From: Paraspadella gotoi
Lineage: Eukaryota > Animalia > Chaetognatha
Assembly: GCA_051294375.1 (NCBI GenBank)
Contig: CM119269.1
Location: 248,001-312,000 of the forward strand
Length of the DNA: 64,000 nt
Direction of reading: 5' to 3'
Of this stretch, positions 25,603 to 37,505 are shown piece by piece. A program made the position numbers and the translations under genes. Position 1 is the first letter of the stretch; the number at the start of each line of letters is the position of its first letter. Below the pieces are notes generated by a model. That model ran no database searches and had not been told where the DNA came from. It saw only the letters and a list, made by a program, of their open reading frames with translations.

Positions 25603-28295
25603 CTCTCTCCTCTCTCTTCTCTCTCTCACCCCTCTATCTCTGCCTCTCCCCCTCTCTCCTCTCTCTTCTCTCTCTCTCTCCCTCTCTCTCCCCCCTCTCT
25701 CCTCTCTCTCTCTCTCTCTCATTCCGAAGCCAANNNNNNNNNNNNNNNNNNNNNNNNNTGCTCAGTAAAAACGATTGAGGACGACATACTTCATCCCGCG
25801 ACCATAACCACGACTTGTTGTTGCTCGTCGTCAGATTTGTTTGCTTGTTCTGTATTAGAAGCGTTCTTTGCTGCTGTCGCCCTCCGTCGTTTCGTCAATT
25901 GATCCAATGCGATGAACGATGCACGATGAGATCATCTCCAACGTCTCAGTCAATCGTCATTCGCTGTCCGTCTGTCGTCGTTCGTTCGTCCCCATCCAAT
26001 GCACGAGTGTCCATTTCTTGACAGACGACGTTTTTCTCTCCTGCACGAATTCGTAGTCTAAGTCCCTGGGCAGTCCACGTGACCCTGATATCATCCCTTC
26101 CCTGCGGCTGGCTTGATGCGGCCGGTCTGATTGTCATCGCGCGGTATTGCCGGGCGGTGATGAGCAGCACGCGGATGCGTGAGCCGAATTCCGCCAATTT
26201 GAGTTTACATAACAAGAATTGAGATGCACGTCATACGTATGAGTTGATTCTCCAGGCAATTGACGAACATTGTTTTTAAAAACCTTGGGATAATGCCTGA
26301 GTCCAGGCTAATGGAATTTCTTCAGCCATCTCTCAGAGGCAATGAGGCAACGGGTTCCTTGTCTTTTGAAAGCAGCGCCATGGGCGCGTTTCTAGGGCCT
26401 GTCCTCAACGCTTTCTTTGGAGACAATCCCTGCTAACTTACAGGTCAAGAACTGATCGCTTAGCTCAATGAAGCCACCATGGGTATGACCGAAGTGTGTA
26501 CTACTCCTTAGGCGGTCGTGAACTTCCGCAACGCGATTAGAAAGCAAAAATGATAGAGGCAAAATGATTGTCTTTGGCTTAAGCGCGGCCAGGCAATCGC
26601 TTTTCTTTTTACACAAGTCACAACTGTTTGTTTACAATTCTCGCTCGAACGAACATGAAAGAACTCATTCGACTGAAACAACGACTACGATAATGTAGTT
26701 CTTGGTCGACAACCTGGTCAATTGCGATTCTCAAGTCTTGCCTCCCAAGTACCAAGTCGAATATTAGGTTATTGGATCGCAGCGAGAATTTACTTTGTGG
26801 TTTCAGAGTGACTATTTATGTATTTACTTTGCGTGACGAACCAAAAGAATGAAACGGGAAACAGTAACATATTATGTAAATTGAATTCAAAATCATTTCT
26901 GCCCCTAAAAAAAAAATAAAAATTTACTTTCCGAAAGGACACTAACAAAACTTAATTCAACACTTAATTATTTTAAAAAGAGAAAAAGAAAAATAATGTA
27001 TCAAAAAAGTTTTGCCCGTACGTGAAGCAGATACTATCTTTTCTACGACTGGCGACTCACTGGGAGGACCTCGCGGCGTTCACCCATTCACACGTCCCCC
27101 CCCTCAACGTTTCACCGCTCAGATACTCGACGGTTCACTTCCGGAAAACAAGTTCCCAAGAGGAAAATCGTTTGGGAAAAGTCAAAAGGCCGGCGGCGCG
27201 GCGGTTCGGAGGCTCCTTTCTAATGACTCTGGCAAAAAAAAAAACCCATAAAAATTCTAGTGGAATGCCCAACAAAGTTCTCATCCTCGACGGTTTAAAC
27301 CCCGAAAATTGAAAACAAAGAAAGATGCTCAGTTAAGCAAATTTCCTTCTTTTCTTTCTTTCTTTTTGTTGCGGCGACGACGACGACAGGGATTGCACGA
27401 AGGCCTGGTCGACGATACGACGGACGACGACGTCGACGACGAGCGAGGACGCGTCCAAGATGCCAGTTTTCGCATCCGTCGGTCAGCCACGAGGATTCGC
27501 GCGCAGCCGTTGGCCCAACCTAGATCCCAGTTGGAAGACGAGCGTCGCGTGCCCGGTTTAGGACGTCGAACACAAAAAAAAAATCGCCAGAAATGTCGAA
27601 ACAAAGAAGAATGGGAAGAGCTTTGAAAGCGCCGTTTCAATGACATTATCTCTCTCTCTCTCTTCTCTCTCTCTTCTCTCTCTCTCTCTCTTCTCTCTTC
27701 TCTCTGCTCAGAAATACAGTCTCGCTTGAGCTGAATGCAAGCAACGACCGCGATTTACAGAGTCGGCCTCTCTCCTCGCTCCGATCTGTACCATCCACTG
27801 CTTTCTCACAGCTGGAGACTGCTGGCGATGCGGGTTTTCACAAGCAAACAAAAAAAAAATAAGGTAAATGGAAAAAACCTTTAGATTATTTTATCCTCTC
27901 TCTCCTCTCTCTCTCTCTCCTCCTCTCTCTCTTCTCATCTCTCTCTCCTCGCTCGTGCTCTCTCTTCTCATCTTCCTCTCTCCAGCTCGTGCTACCTCTC
28001 TGAGCTCTCTCTGCTCTGCGCTTGGCGACTCAGTGAGAGTCAAAAAAGTGTTTATGCTTCTCGTTTCGTTTTTTCGAATTTCTTCCTTTGAATTTTCTCA
28101 ATCGTTTTTCGGCGGCTTTTCATCGGGCGGAGATCGGAGGGGGGGGAGGGAGGAAGAGGAGGAGGAAAGGGAGGAAGAGGAGGAAGAGGGCAAGGATGAG
28201 AAGGGGAAGGAGGAGAAAGAGGAGAGAAGGGGAGAGGGAAGGAGAAGAGGAGAAATTCTCTTCGATGCCCCCTTGACGTATGACGTAGCAGGGAA

Positions 28296-28330
<35 letters not shown>

Positions 28331-28399
28331 GGCTGGATGACACAGAGTCAGGATCGGGATCGACAAAAACAACGATAATTTGAACGATGGATTAATTGT

Positions 28400-28497
28400 T
28401 TAGGGTTTCGGTTAGGGATTGGGTTAGGTTAGGGGATAGAGATTAGAGATTAGGTTTAGGGATTAGGGTTAGGGATTAAGGTTAGGGATTAGGGTTG
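28400..28497 (+). repeat. Degenerate interstitial telomere-like (TTAGGG) tract
   Basis: Repeated ttaggg/ttagg/attaggg units. Confidence 0.6.
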
Positions 28498-29018
28498 TCT
28501 TTCCCTACGCTACTATTACAACAACAAAATTCTGGCTTTCTGGGTGACTCGTCGGTCAAGATCGAGATCGACTGAAACGACGACGATAATTTGATCGATG
28601 GAGGAAGCAGCTGCGACGGTGAGAGCGACGACGACGCATAAAGCAGCAAAAGAGGTAAGTTTTGTGCGCAGCAAGGGGGCATCAATGGAAAAATGTGCCC
28701 GTCCTCGTAGACTTCGTCATCGTCGTCTTTGTCATCATTGTTATTATCATCATCTTCATCGTCATCGTCGTCGTCGTCGTCGTCATCGTCATGCTCGAAG
28801 AAGATTCGATTAATTCAATTATATCGTTAACCAGTGGCTGCGCCAATACATGTAAATCGCTTTCAAAGGCTTAAACTGAACTGTTACTGCGGCAATAATA
28901 ATATTTTTTTAAATTTGCATCATTTGAAAAAAAAATTTCAGGGCGTAAGTAAATCGCTAAAGCGATTTACAATGACCTCAAAGAGAAATAAAGATATCAC
29001 TTTCTCAAAAAGATGCGG

Positions 29019-29060
<42 letters not shown>

Positions 29061-29755
29061 GAGAGAGAGAGAGAGAAGTGTAAGAAAAGAATAAGACAAA
29101 AACAAACAAAAACAGAAAAATAGACAGATACTATACAATGTTTTATAAATCATTGTCATTTTTCCCCAAATAAATTTTAAATATCTTTGTATCATCATAA
29201 GACATTGATTCTCGCCTGGAACCAAATCAGATAAAAGTAGAAGAGCAATCTCTGCGAAAATAGCATCGACGAATCACTTCACCCCTAAACAAATCAAACG
29301 AAACTTAACGAAACCCTGTAAATGATAGTCACATATTTAAAAAAGAATTTCACGAATAAACGCATATTTACGCATTCCGATTTTGCACGAATCTAATACA
29401 TTTTTATCTCCAAGAAAAAAAAAAAAAAACCCAAATTAATTTAAACATAAAAATTAAAAAGAATCGTTTCTGTTAGGGGGAGGGGGCGGCTGGCGGAAAG
29501 AAACAAAAAGTAAACAAAGTTCACTTTTGTCATTCGAGATTTCAACCTTGGACTTAAATGGATCATCGAACTTCGATTCTCGATCGTCGAATCTTTTTTA
29601 CCTCAAACTTTAATTATTCTTATCGAATAAATCTATATATATTCTTTTTTAAATGCCGTGTTTGTAGAATTATACAAAGATTGTTAACAAATCTTCTATG
29701 AATATTTTAAATCTTTCAACAATCTTTTTCTCCCCTCTCTCTCTTCTCTTTCTCT

Positions 29756-29787
<32 letters not shown>

Positions 29788-29791
29788 CTAG

Positions 29792-29987
29792 AGCCATTAA
29801 CGCCAAACAACTTGACTCACTCTACTCACATCTAGGCCCCTGGGGATGTGTTCCCCTCGGGCCTTACTCCTCCAAATGACTGCGACGCGCGTGCAGTGCT
29901 TTTTGTTTCTTGCCAACGCGTTGGCGACGGTGCTGCCGCAGTTTCGCTGTGGGAACAAAGGAACTTCACGGGAGACATTCAACGCTA
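29792..29987 (+). CDS. SLC22-like (organic cation transporter, MFS) exon: N-terminus/TM1
   Basis: AG acceptor after a CT tract. LDSLYSHLGPWG resembles the SLC22 FDxxLxxxGxFG start, and ...ATVLPQFRCG resembles PxHxC. One frameshift; donor GTAAG. Confidence 0.7.
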
Positions 29988-30076
29988 GTAAGACGGAGTG
30001 AATAAAATCTTTTTTTTCGGTGTATTCAGTGGTTTATGTCGTTTACTGTTGCTTAAAATGTAGGTTTTGAACCACG

Positions 30077-30422
30077 CTTTCTTCAATTTTAAACCATGCT
30101 AAATAAAGGATCATCCTCGGATCAAACCAGGATCTTTTGCCTCACTTACTTACGTTGAACTACAGTCACCACAGTGACATGAACACATAGATTTTCTAAC
30201 TACAGAAGGCTTCATATTATAAAATGTGGTACCTCTTTTTTGTGACCAGCACACGTTCCGAGGAAACTACTGGACCAAATTTATTGAAATTTAGTATGAA
30301 CGATCCCTATGTGAACATAAATAGAACTATCGAGGCGAATTTCAATATTTGACCCCTGAGCCGAGATATGGGGCCTCGGAGGGGTCACCCTTAGGGGTAA
30401 TAAATGGTCAAAATTTTTTTTT

Positions 30423-30460
<38 letters not shown>

Positions 30461-31066
30461 AACAGTTGCATAAATGTTTACGTTTTCACAAAAATGTATT
30501 AATTACCACAGAAATATTAGTTTACCTTAATTTTCAGCTTCATGAACATCAGCAGTTCAAGTCAGTTTTGGAATAATTTAGGAAAATTGGAAGTAAAATG
30601 ATGAACCATGCATCTTCAAACTATTCTTAATTATTAAAAATTTTTCAATTTTAGTTTTAAAATGTTTTTTTATATGTTTAAAACGTAAATGCACCTGATG
30701 CCACTTTAAAAATTCCAAAAAAATTTAAAAAAAATTTTTAGGTGTTTTTGGCCCCCAGGGGTCCACCCCCAGGGCCCTGTATCTCTTGTCAGGGGTTGAA
30801 TATTAAAATTTGCCTCGATAGTTCCATTTATATCGTCATTAAGACTCTAAATGTAAAATTTCATGAATTTCGATCAGGTAGTTTGGTAGGAACAGATTCT
30901 GGTCACAAAAAAGGGGTACCACATTTTATAATATGAAGCCTTCTGTAGTTTTTACCTAATCTATATGTACATGTCGCCGTGACTAAGGTGGTTCAACAGT
31001 AAGTAAATGATGTAAAAGTTCCATAGTTTTAATTCCGAGGATATTTTTTATTTAGTTGGGTTAAAA
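30077..31066. mobile_element. MITE/foldback element (Tc1/mariner-like non-autonomous) in an SLC22 intron
   Basis: AACTACAGAAGGCTTCATATTATAAAATGTGGTACC at 30198-30233 is the exact reverse complement of 30915-30950. The core 30203-30945 is flanked by TA, and imperfect inverted homology spans roughly 320 bp per arm. No ORF. Confidence 0.85.
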
Positions 31067-31371
31067 AGAAAAAGCTATTTGGATTGATAATTGTCTGTAG
31101 GTAATGTAATGATTAAACATAACATTCGTTATACAGATGTAAACATAGATGACTAAAAAGCTAATGCTTAAAAACTTCTGTATTACCTGGTATAATAGAT
31201 AATAATTATAATAGAGTAATAATGTGTTTTAAAAAATATGTTATGCATATGCTTAATTCTTTATTTTAAGAAAATAATATTTTATAAATTAATGGTATTT
31301 CTTGTCCAGCTCTTAATAAATCAATGATCAATTCTTTAAAAATCGCGATATTTTTTATTATTTTTTTTCAG

Positions 31372-31561
31372 TCGGCAAGGAGATTTGTCAGCATGGATGT
31401 CCTGGTAAAAACTGGACTTTTGAACAACCAGATTCTTTATTCTTTAACAACCCGAGTGGCGACTAATTTGCGAAGATGAATATCTTGTCAATTTGACGGA
31501 AAACTTTTTTCTACATTGGAAATCTTCTTTCAAGTCTTTTTAGTGGATGGTTAAGCGATAG
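31372..31561 (+). CDS. SLC22-like exon: extracellular loop and TM2 (..CPGKNWTFE..TTEWRLICEDEYL..FYIGNLLSSLFSGWLSDR)
   Basis: Matches the SLC22 'TEWDLVC' and MFS motif-A 'GxLSDR' signatures. Contains frameshifts, and the donor reads GA instead of GT, probably a sequence error. Confidence 0.85.
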
Positions 31562-31626
31562 GAAAGTTATTGTTTGAAATATGTATAAAAAATACTTTAA
31601 AAATATTATTTTTATTTTATAAATAG

Positions 31627-31728
31627 GTTTTTGGCAGGCGTCGAGTTATAATGGCATCCGCTTTGTTGTGCGCTATGCGGGATTGCAGGTGGCATGGGTC
31701 AATAATATTATTATTATATCGCAATAAG
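31627..31728 (+). CDS. SLC22-like exon (FGRRRVIMASALLCA...)
   Basis: Completes MFS motif A (DR-FGRR); AG/GTAAGT boundaries; indels present. Confidence 0.85.
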
Positions 31729-31824
31729 GTAAGTAAATTATTATGAAATGTTTACCTTTATAAAAATGGTCAACAAATATTAAATGCATTAATAAAATTG
31801 AATTAATTACTTTTATTTGGATAG

Positions 31825-31966
31825 AATTTTTTTGGGATTTGGTATTGCGGGCAATTTATTCATTGGACGTATATAAATGTGAAACTTTTTCATCAAAGCA
31901 TCGTGTTTGGGCTTTGCTTCTTGACCCTAGTTGGATGATGGCAGGAGTTATGCTTCCTTGGATTTC
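31825..31966 (+). CDS. SLC22-like exon TM4-5 (IFLGFGIAG..CETFSSKHRVW..GVMLPWIS)
   Basis: RxxxGxG and ExxxxxxR motifs; AG/GTGAGT boundaries; indels present. Confidence 0.85.
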
Positions 31967-32335
31967 GTGAGTATGATTATCAATTATATATTATAAATTA
32001 TTTCGAGTTTAATATTAATTTTAAATTTCACTATTAGTTTATTTATTGTTGTAGTATTTTATATGAAATCGGTAAAAAGGCTAAAAAAATATAAAAAATT
32101 TAGGCTTAGAAATATAAATGGTACAGCAAGAGCATTAAAGCTTTAATTATAACTTTAAATACGCAAGTTAAATTTTAAGATTTAAATAATAAACTTTTTT
32201 TTGTCTTTCAAAAATTAAAGTTTGACTCTCTTTTCTAAAAGCGCCCTATTTCTTTTTATTTAATTTCTTTAATTTCTTTAATTCTAATTCTAACCCCGAC
32301 AATTTAATAATAACCTATATCTTTTCTTGATACAG

Positions 32336-32550
32336 TTACGCACTTCACTGGCGACAGTTCTGTCTAGTCATCTACGGCTGCACCGCCCTAGTCGTTCCCG
32401 CCGTCTGGTTCTGTCCAGAGACACCACCTTGGCTCTTTAAGAATGGAAGAGATGTTGAAGCAATTGAGATTCTGAAAGGAGCAGCAAAACAGAGAGGGAA
32501 ACATCTAGATTTGGAAGCCCTCGACATGGAAGGAGACATGAAAGGACATG
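32336..32550 (+). CDS. SLC22-like exon TM6 (YALHWRQF..WFCPETPPWLFKNGRDVEAIEILKGAAK)
   Basis: Intact frame; 'WR' and PESPRWL-type motifs; CAG/GTAAG boundaries. Confidence 0.9.
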
Positions 32551-32788
32551 GTAAGAGTTGTTAGTTTTAAGGGGACGTGGAATGGCAAGGGAATTAGTCA
32601 CATTTAGAGGCTTAATCATAGCTCGAGAAAGGAAGTCTAAGATACAATAAAGATTTAGGGAATGCAGGCATGGAAGGGGACATGGAAAAGCAAGGTAGGA
32701 TTTATCATTGATATATGCGAATTGCATATTATACACATACATTGATGAATAAATTAAAGATTTACAAACAATATTTATTTTTTTCAAG

Positions 32789-32990
32789 TCGAAACGCCCG
32801 ACTCCACTCCCCCATCCCTTACTCCTTCACCCACTGCCCATTCCTCCGCCCACTCCACGAACAACTCCAACGACCACAACCTCTTCCGCTCCACACAAGT
32901 CCTCTTCCCACTCATCATCGCTGGTCTTTTCTGGAGCACTCACAATCTCCTCTTCATTGGAGTTAACTTTTCTTACGCCACGCTTGCTGG
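32789..32990 (+). CDS. SLC22-like exon: central loop and TM7 (..NLFRSTQVLFPLIIAGLFWSTHNLLFIGVNFSYATLAG)
   Basis: Open frame; resembles the 'DLFRT..W...YyG...L.G' segment; AG/GT boundaries. Confidence 0.8.
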
Positions 32991-33393
32991 GTTGAGTCGG
33001 ATTTCCTTCTTTCTTTGCTCGATACATTTTCATGAAGCTAACTATTAACTATTAACTATTTAAAAATTATCCTTTTATTCAATAATTAGGCTATTTTACT
33101 TTCTGACTTATGACTTGCTTTGATTGGTTACGACCTCAGTTTTAAAAAATAAATAAATACCATCGTTCTCTTACAAACTAGTTTATTAGCTTCTAGTATG
33201 TTGCCTTCCATATACATAAAATGGTTAAATATTTTTAATGGTTTTAATTAGATAATAGGGACCCTCCCTATATATTAATTACAGGAGACGAGATTTATTT
33301 AACATTAGACTTGGAATTAACTCAAATTCTACTTATTTTTTTCTTAATATTATACTCCCATGTAATTCCTACTTCTCTCCCGCTCCTCTACAG

Positions 33394-33666
33394 CAATCAA
33401 TATGTCACCTTCATGTTACTCCAACTGACCGAGATTCCCAATCGCCTGGTCGCGTTTGGCCGTCCTTGTCACTACCTCAGCAGGCGATGGGCGATGGCAG
33501 GCGGATCAGTTTTTGTCGGTGCCTGTTTCTTGATCATACCTGTGGCACGTTGGAGCGTGGACGGAGAATTGGATCAAGTGTGGCCGCGACTTCAGGAAGA
33601 TCTTCAACCTGGTTATCTCGTCGGATCGGCCATCAGCTGGAGACCCTTCACGCTTTCGGATTTCAG
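33394..33666 (+). CDS. SLC22-like exon TM8-10 (NQYVTFMLLQLTEIPN..YLSRRWAMAGG..)
   Basis: 'N.Y..F....vEiP' and 'GRR'-like motifs; the 3' part is degraded and its end is approximate. Confidence 0.75.
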
Positions 33667-33969
33667 GTCAGATTCGGGGTTGAAAGGATCATTGAATTGA
33701 GTCACTATTTGGTTAATTAATTAATTAATTAATTAATTAATTAATTATTAATGACTTATTGTTTAAGAGAGAGTATAGATAGATATCATGAATATTAGAC
33801 TAGATTAGATTACATTAGATTAGATTACATTTATATGGAAGTAAGTTCTTTCCTTTCTTCTTTCTTTCTTTTTTATTTATTATCTTCTTTATTGTTAAAA
33901 TCTCCTTCCAATTGTATTTCTCATTTCTCCGACTTCGGACGCTTCTCCTTCTTCTTATTTTAAAACTCT

Positions 33970-34019
<50 letters not shown>

Positions 34020-34052
34020 CGTCTCGTCTTCTCACCTCCTTCCACCTCACAG

Positions 34053-34330
34053 CTCCAATTCTCAGGAGGGCTTCCCTGACCCGATTGTCTCGCAGCTTTC
34101 TCTTCGCGTGACGGGTTTCTGCGTCGCAACAATTGGGGCTTTATCTCTCCTACTTACGCCCCGACCCCGCGCCGTGGAGATCTTCTCGGACGCGTGTCGT
34201 CGTCGTCGCGTCGCCACCTGGCGCTGCGTGAGACGAAGGCGCGCCCATTCCGCAGACGATGGAGGAAGTGGGAGGCGAGGAAGAGGAGGAAGAGGAGGAA
34301 GAGGAAGAGAGGAGGTGGGGAGGAAGGAAT
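34053..34330 (+). CDS. SLC22-like C-terminal exon (APIL..GFCVATIGALSLLLTP..)
   Basis: CAG acceptor after a CT tract; AP and TM12/LPET-like segments; frameshifted; end approximate. Confidence 0.55.
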
Positions 34331-36510
34331 AGGAAGTGGAACAAGAGGATGAGGTGTTGAGGGAAGGAGAAGAGGAGGAAAGAGGAAGAGGGAGGTGGGG
34401 GAGGAAGAATGGAAGGTGGAACAAGAGGAGAGGTGTTGAGGGAAGGAGGAAGAGGAGGAAAGAGGAAGAGAGGAAGGTGGGGGAGAAGAATGGGAAGGTG
34501 AAACAAGAGGTGGGCGTGGTTGAGGGAAAGGACAGGAAAGAGAAGAGAAGGGAGGTGGGGGAGGAAGAATGGAAGGTGAACAAGAGGTGGGGTGTTGAGG
34601 GAGGGAGGAAGAGGAGGAAAGAGGAAGAGAGGGAGGTGGGGGGAGGAAGAATAGGAAGGTGGAACAAGAGGAGAGGTGTTGAGTGAGGTGGAGGAAGAGG
34701 AGGAAAGAGGAAGAGAGGGAGGTGGGGGAGGAAGAATTAGGGAAGGTGTGGAACAAGAGGAGGGGTGTTGAGGAGAGGAGAAGAGAGGAGTAAAGAGGAA
34801 GAGATGGGAGTGGGGAAGGAAGAATAGAAGGTGGAACAAGAGGAGGGGTGTTGAGGGAAAGGATGGAAGAGGAGAAAGAGGAAGAGAGGGAGGATGGGTG
34901 GAGGTAAGAATGGGAAGCGTGGAAACAAGAGGTGGGTGTTTGAGGGAGGGAGGAAGAGGAGGAAAGACAGGAAGAGAGGGAGGTGGGGGAGGAAGAATGG
35001 AAAGTGGGAACAAGAGGTGGGGTTGTTGAGGGAAGGAGGAAGAGGAAGAAGAGGAAGAGAGGGAGGTGGGGAGGAAGAATGGGAAAGTGGAACAAGAGGT
35101 GGGTGTTGAGGAGGAGGAAGAGGAGGAAGAGAGGGAGGTGGGGAGGAAGAATGGGAAAGTGGAACAAGAGGAGGGTGTTGAGGGAGGAGGAAGAGGAGGA
35201 AAGAGGAAGAGAGGGAGGTGGGGGATGAAGAATGGAAGGTGGAACAAGAGGAGGGGTGTTGAGGGAGGAGGAAGAGGAGGAAAGAGGAAGAGAGGGAGGT
35301 GGGGAGGAAGAATGGGAAGGTGGAACAAGAGGAGGTGTTGAGGAAAGGAAGAGGAGAGAAGAGAGGGAGGTGGGGGAGGAAGAATGGGAAAGTGGAACAA
35401 GAGGAGGGGTGTTGAGGGAAGGAGGAAGAGGAGGAAAGAGGAAGAGAGGGAGGTGAGGGAGGAAGAAATGGGAAGGTGGAACAAGAGGAGGGTGTTGAGG
35501 GAGGGAGGAAGAGGAGGAAAGAGGAAGAGAGGGTGGTGGGGGAGGAAGAATAGGAAGGTGGAACAAGAGGAGGGGTGTTGAGGGAAGAGGAAGAGGAGGA
35601 AAGGGAAGAGAGGGAGGTGGGGGAGGAAGAAATAGGAAGGTGGAACAAGAGGGGGTGTTGAGGGAGGGAGGAAGAGGAGGAAAGAGGAAGAGAGGGAGGT
35701 GGGGAGGAAGAATAGGAAGGTGGAACAAGAGGAGGGGTGTTGAGGGAAGGAGGAAGAGGAGGAAAGGGAAGAGAGGAGGTGGGGGAGGAAGAATAGGAAG
35801 GTGAAACAAGAGGTGGGGTGTTGAGGGAGGGAGGAAGAGGGGAGGAAAGAGGAAGAGAGGGAGGTGGGGAGGAAGAATAGGAAGGTGGAACAAGAGGAGG
35901 GTGTTGAGGGAGGGAGGAAGAGGAGGAGGAGGAAGAGAGGGAGGTGGGAGGAAGAATAGGAAGGTGAAACAAGAGGTGGGGTGTTGAGGGAGGGAGGAAG
36001 AGGAGGAAAGAGGAAGAGAGGGAGGTGAGGGAGGAAGAATGGGAAGGTGAAACAAGAGGTGGGGTGTTGAGGGAGGGAGGACAGGAGGAAAGAGGAAGAG
36101 AGGGAGGTGAGGGGAGGAAGAATGGGAAGGTGGAACAAGAGGAGGGGTGTTGAGTGAGGGAGAAGAGGAGGAGGAGGAAGAGAGGGAGGTGGGGGAGGAA
36201 GAATAGGAAGGTGGAACAAGTGGGTTGGTGGTGTTGAGGGAGGGAGGAAGAAGGAGGAAAGAGGAAGAGAGGGACGTGGGGAGGAAGAATGGGAAGGTGA
36301 AACAAGAGGTGGGTGTTGAGGGAGGGAGGAAGAGGAGGAAAGAGGAAGAGAGGGAGGTGGGGGAGGAAGAATAGGAAGGTGGAACAAGAGGAGGGGTGTT
36401 GAGGGAGGAGGAAGAAGGAGGAGGAGGAAGAGAGGGAGGTGGGCGCAGGAAGAATGGGAAGGTGGAACAAGAGGTGGGGTGTTGAGGGAGGGAGGAAGAA
36501 GAGGAGGCAA
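34330..36510. repeat. ~80-bp purine-rich minisatellite, roughly 25-27 units
   Basis: Unit approximately GAGGAAGAAT(g/a)GGAAGGTGGAACAAGAGGAGGGGTGTTGAGGGAGGGAGGAAGAGGAGGAAAGAGGAAGAGAGGGAGGTGGG. Confidence 0.95.
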
Positions 36511-37179
36511 GAAGAAAACAATCTAAATTGTTCAATATATATTTGTAATTTCATATTTTTTTATTATTGTCATTTTGCTTCTCCATTTCATATATAAATC
36601 GTTGTTTAAATCTAAATATATTTCAACCTGAAACGTTAAAATAGTATTTTAATTTGGTTAAATTTTCCTTAAATTGTTTTCAATGTTTATTTGCTCGAAC
36701 GAGTCGTAGTCCAAAGTTCACGAACTTTGGATCGGGGTGTAGTCTGTGACTACAGGTGGGTTAGACGCCCCGTCCCGCTTTTACTTGTGTGAATCTAGCA
36801 GGGCGCGAACCCGAGTATGTTAGGTTGGGAGGAGCACGTGCTACCTTCGGCTCCATAGGTGTTGCTAATTCTCCGACGAGTAAGGGTGTTTGAAATACTA
36901 CGCTACAGAAGTCACGTAATCACCCGGAAATATACGTGAAAGACAGTCACTGGGACGCGACACATCCGAATTACTCTTCTTGTTTTTATTTTGTTGCTGA
37001 TGTTGTTTCTCTAATTGATGTTGATAACAATGTTGATGATGTTGTTACTATCTTTGTGATAATGTGGATGTTGTTTATATTTAATCACAAAAACAACTTT
37101 TTCCCTAATCGACATTTTGTTTTTTGCTTTGAAAAAAATTGAGGATTTTAAAACATATTTGTTTTCGTTTAAAATCGAG

Positions 37180-37213
<34 letters not shown>

Positions 37214-37460
37214 TCGTCATTATCGTCGTCTTCGTCATCGTCGTCGTCGCTTACTTCGTGAGTCCGCGTCACTAAGGAAAAAATAAACAAACTAATGTGA
37301 TAAAAAAAGTGAAAAGATGAAAAGGAAAAAGAAAGTAAAAGACAGAAAAGGGATAGACAAAAAGGGAAAAACGACAGAAAAAAATAGACTTTTTTTTCTT
37401 GTTTTAAAAAGTCGAGAAACTGAGTCAATTTAGTCTCAGGACAGAAAGAAAACGGTTGGG

Positions 37461-37505
<45 letters not shown>

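Noticed and set aside
34150-36554. Three very long minus-strand ORFs (605-793 aa, P/S/L-rich)
   Set aside because: All three frames are open because the C/T-rich minisatellite strand lacks stop codons, and unit lengths do not preserve frame.
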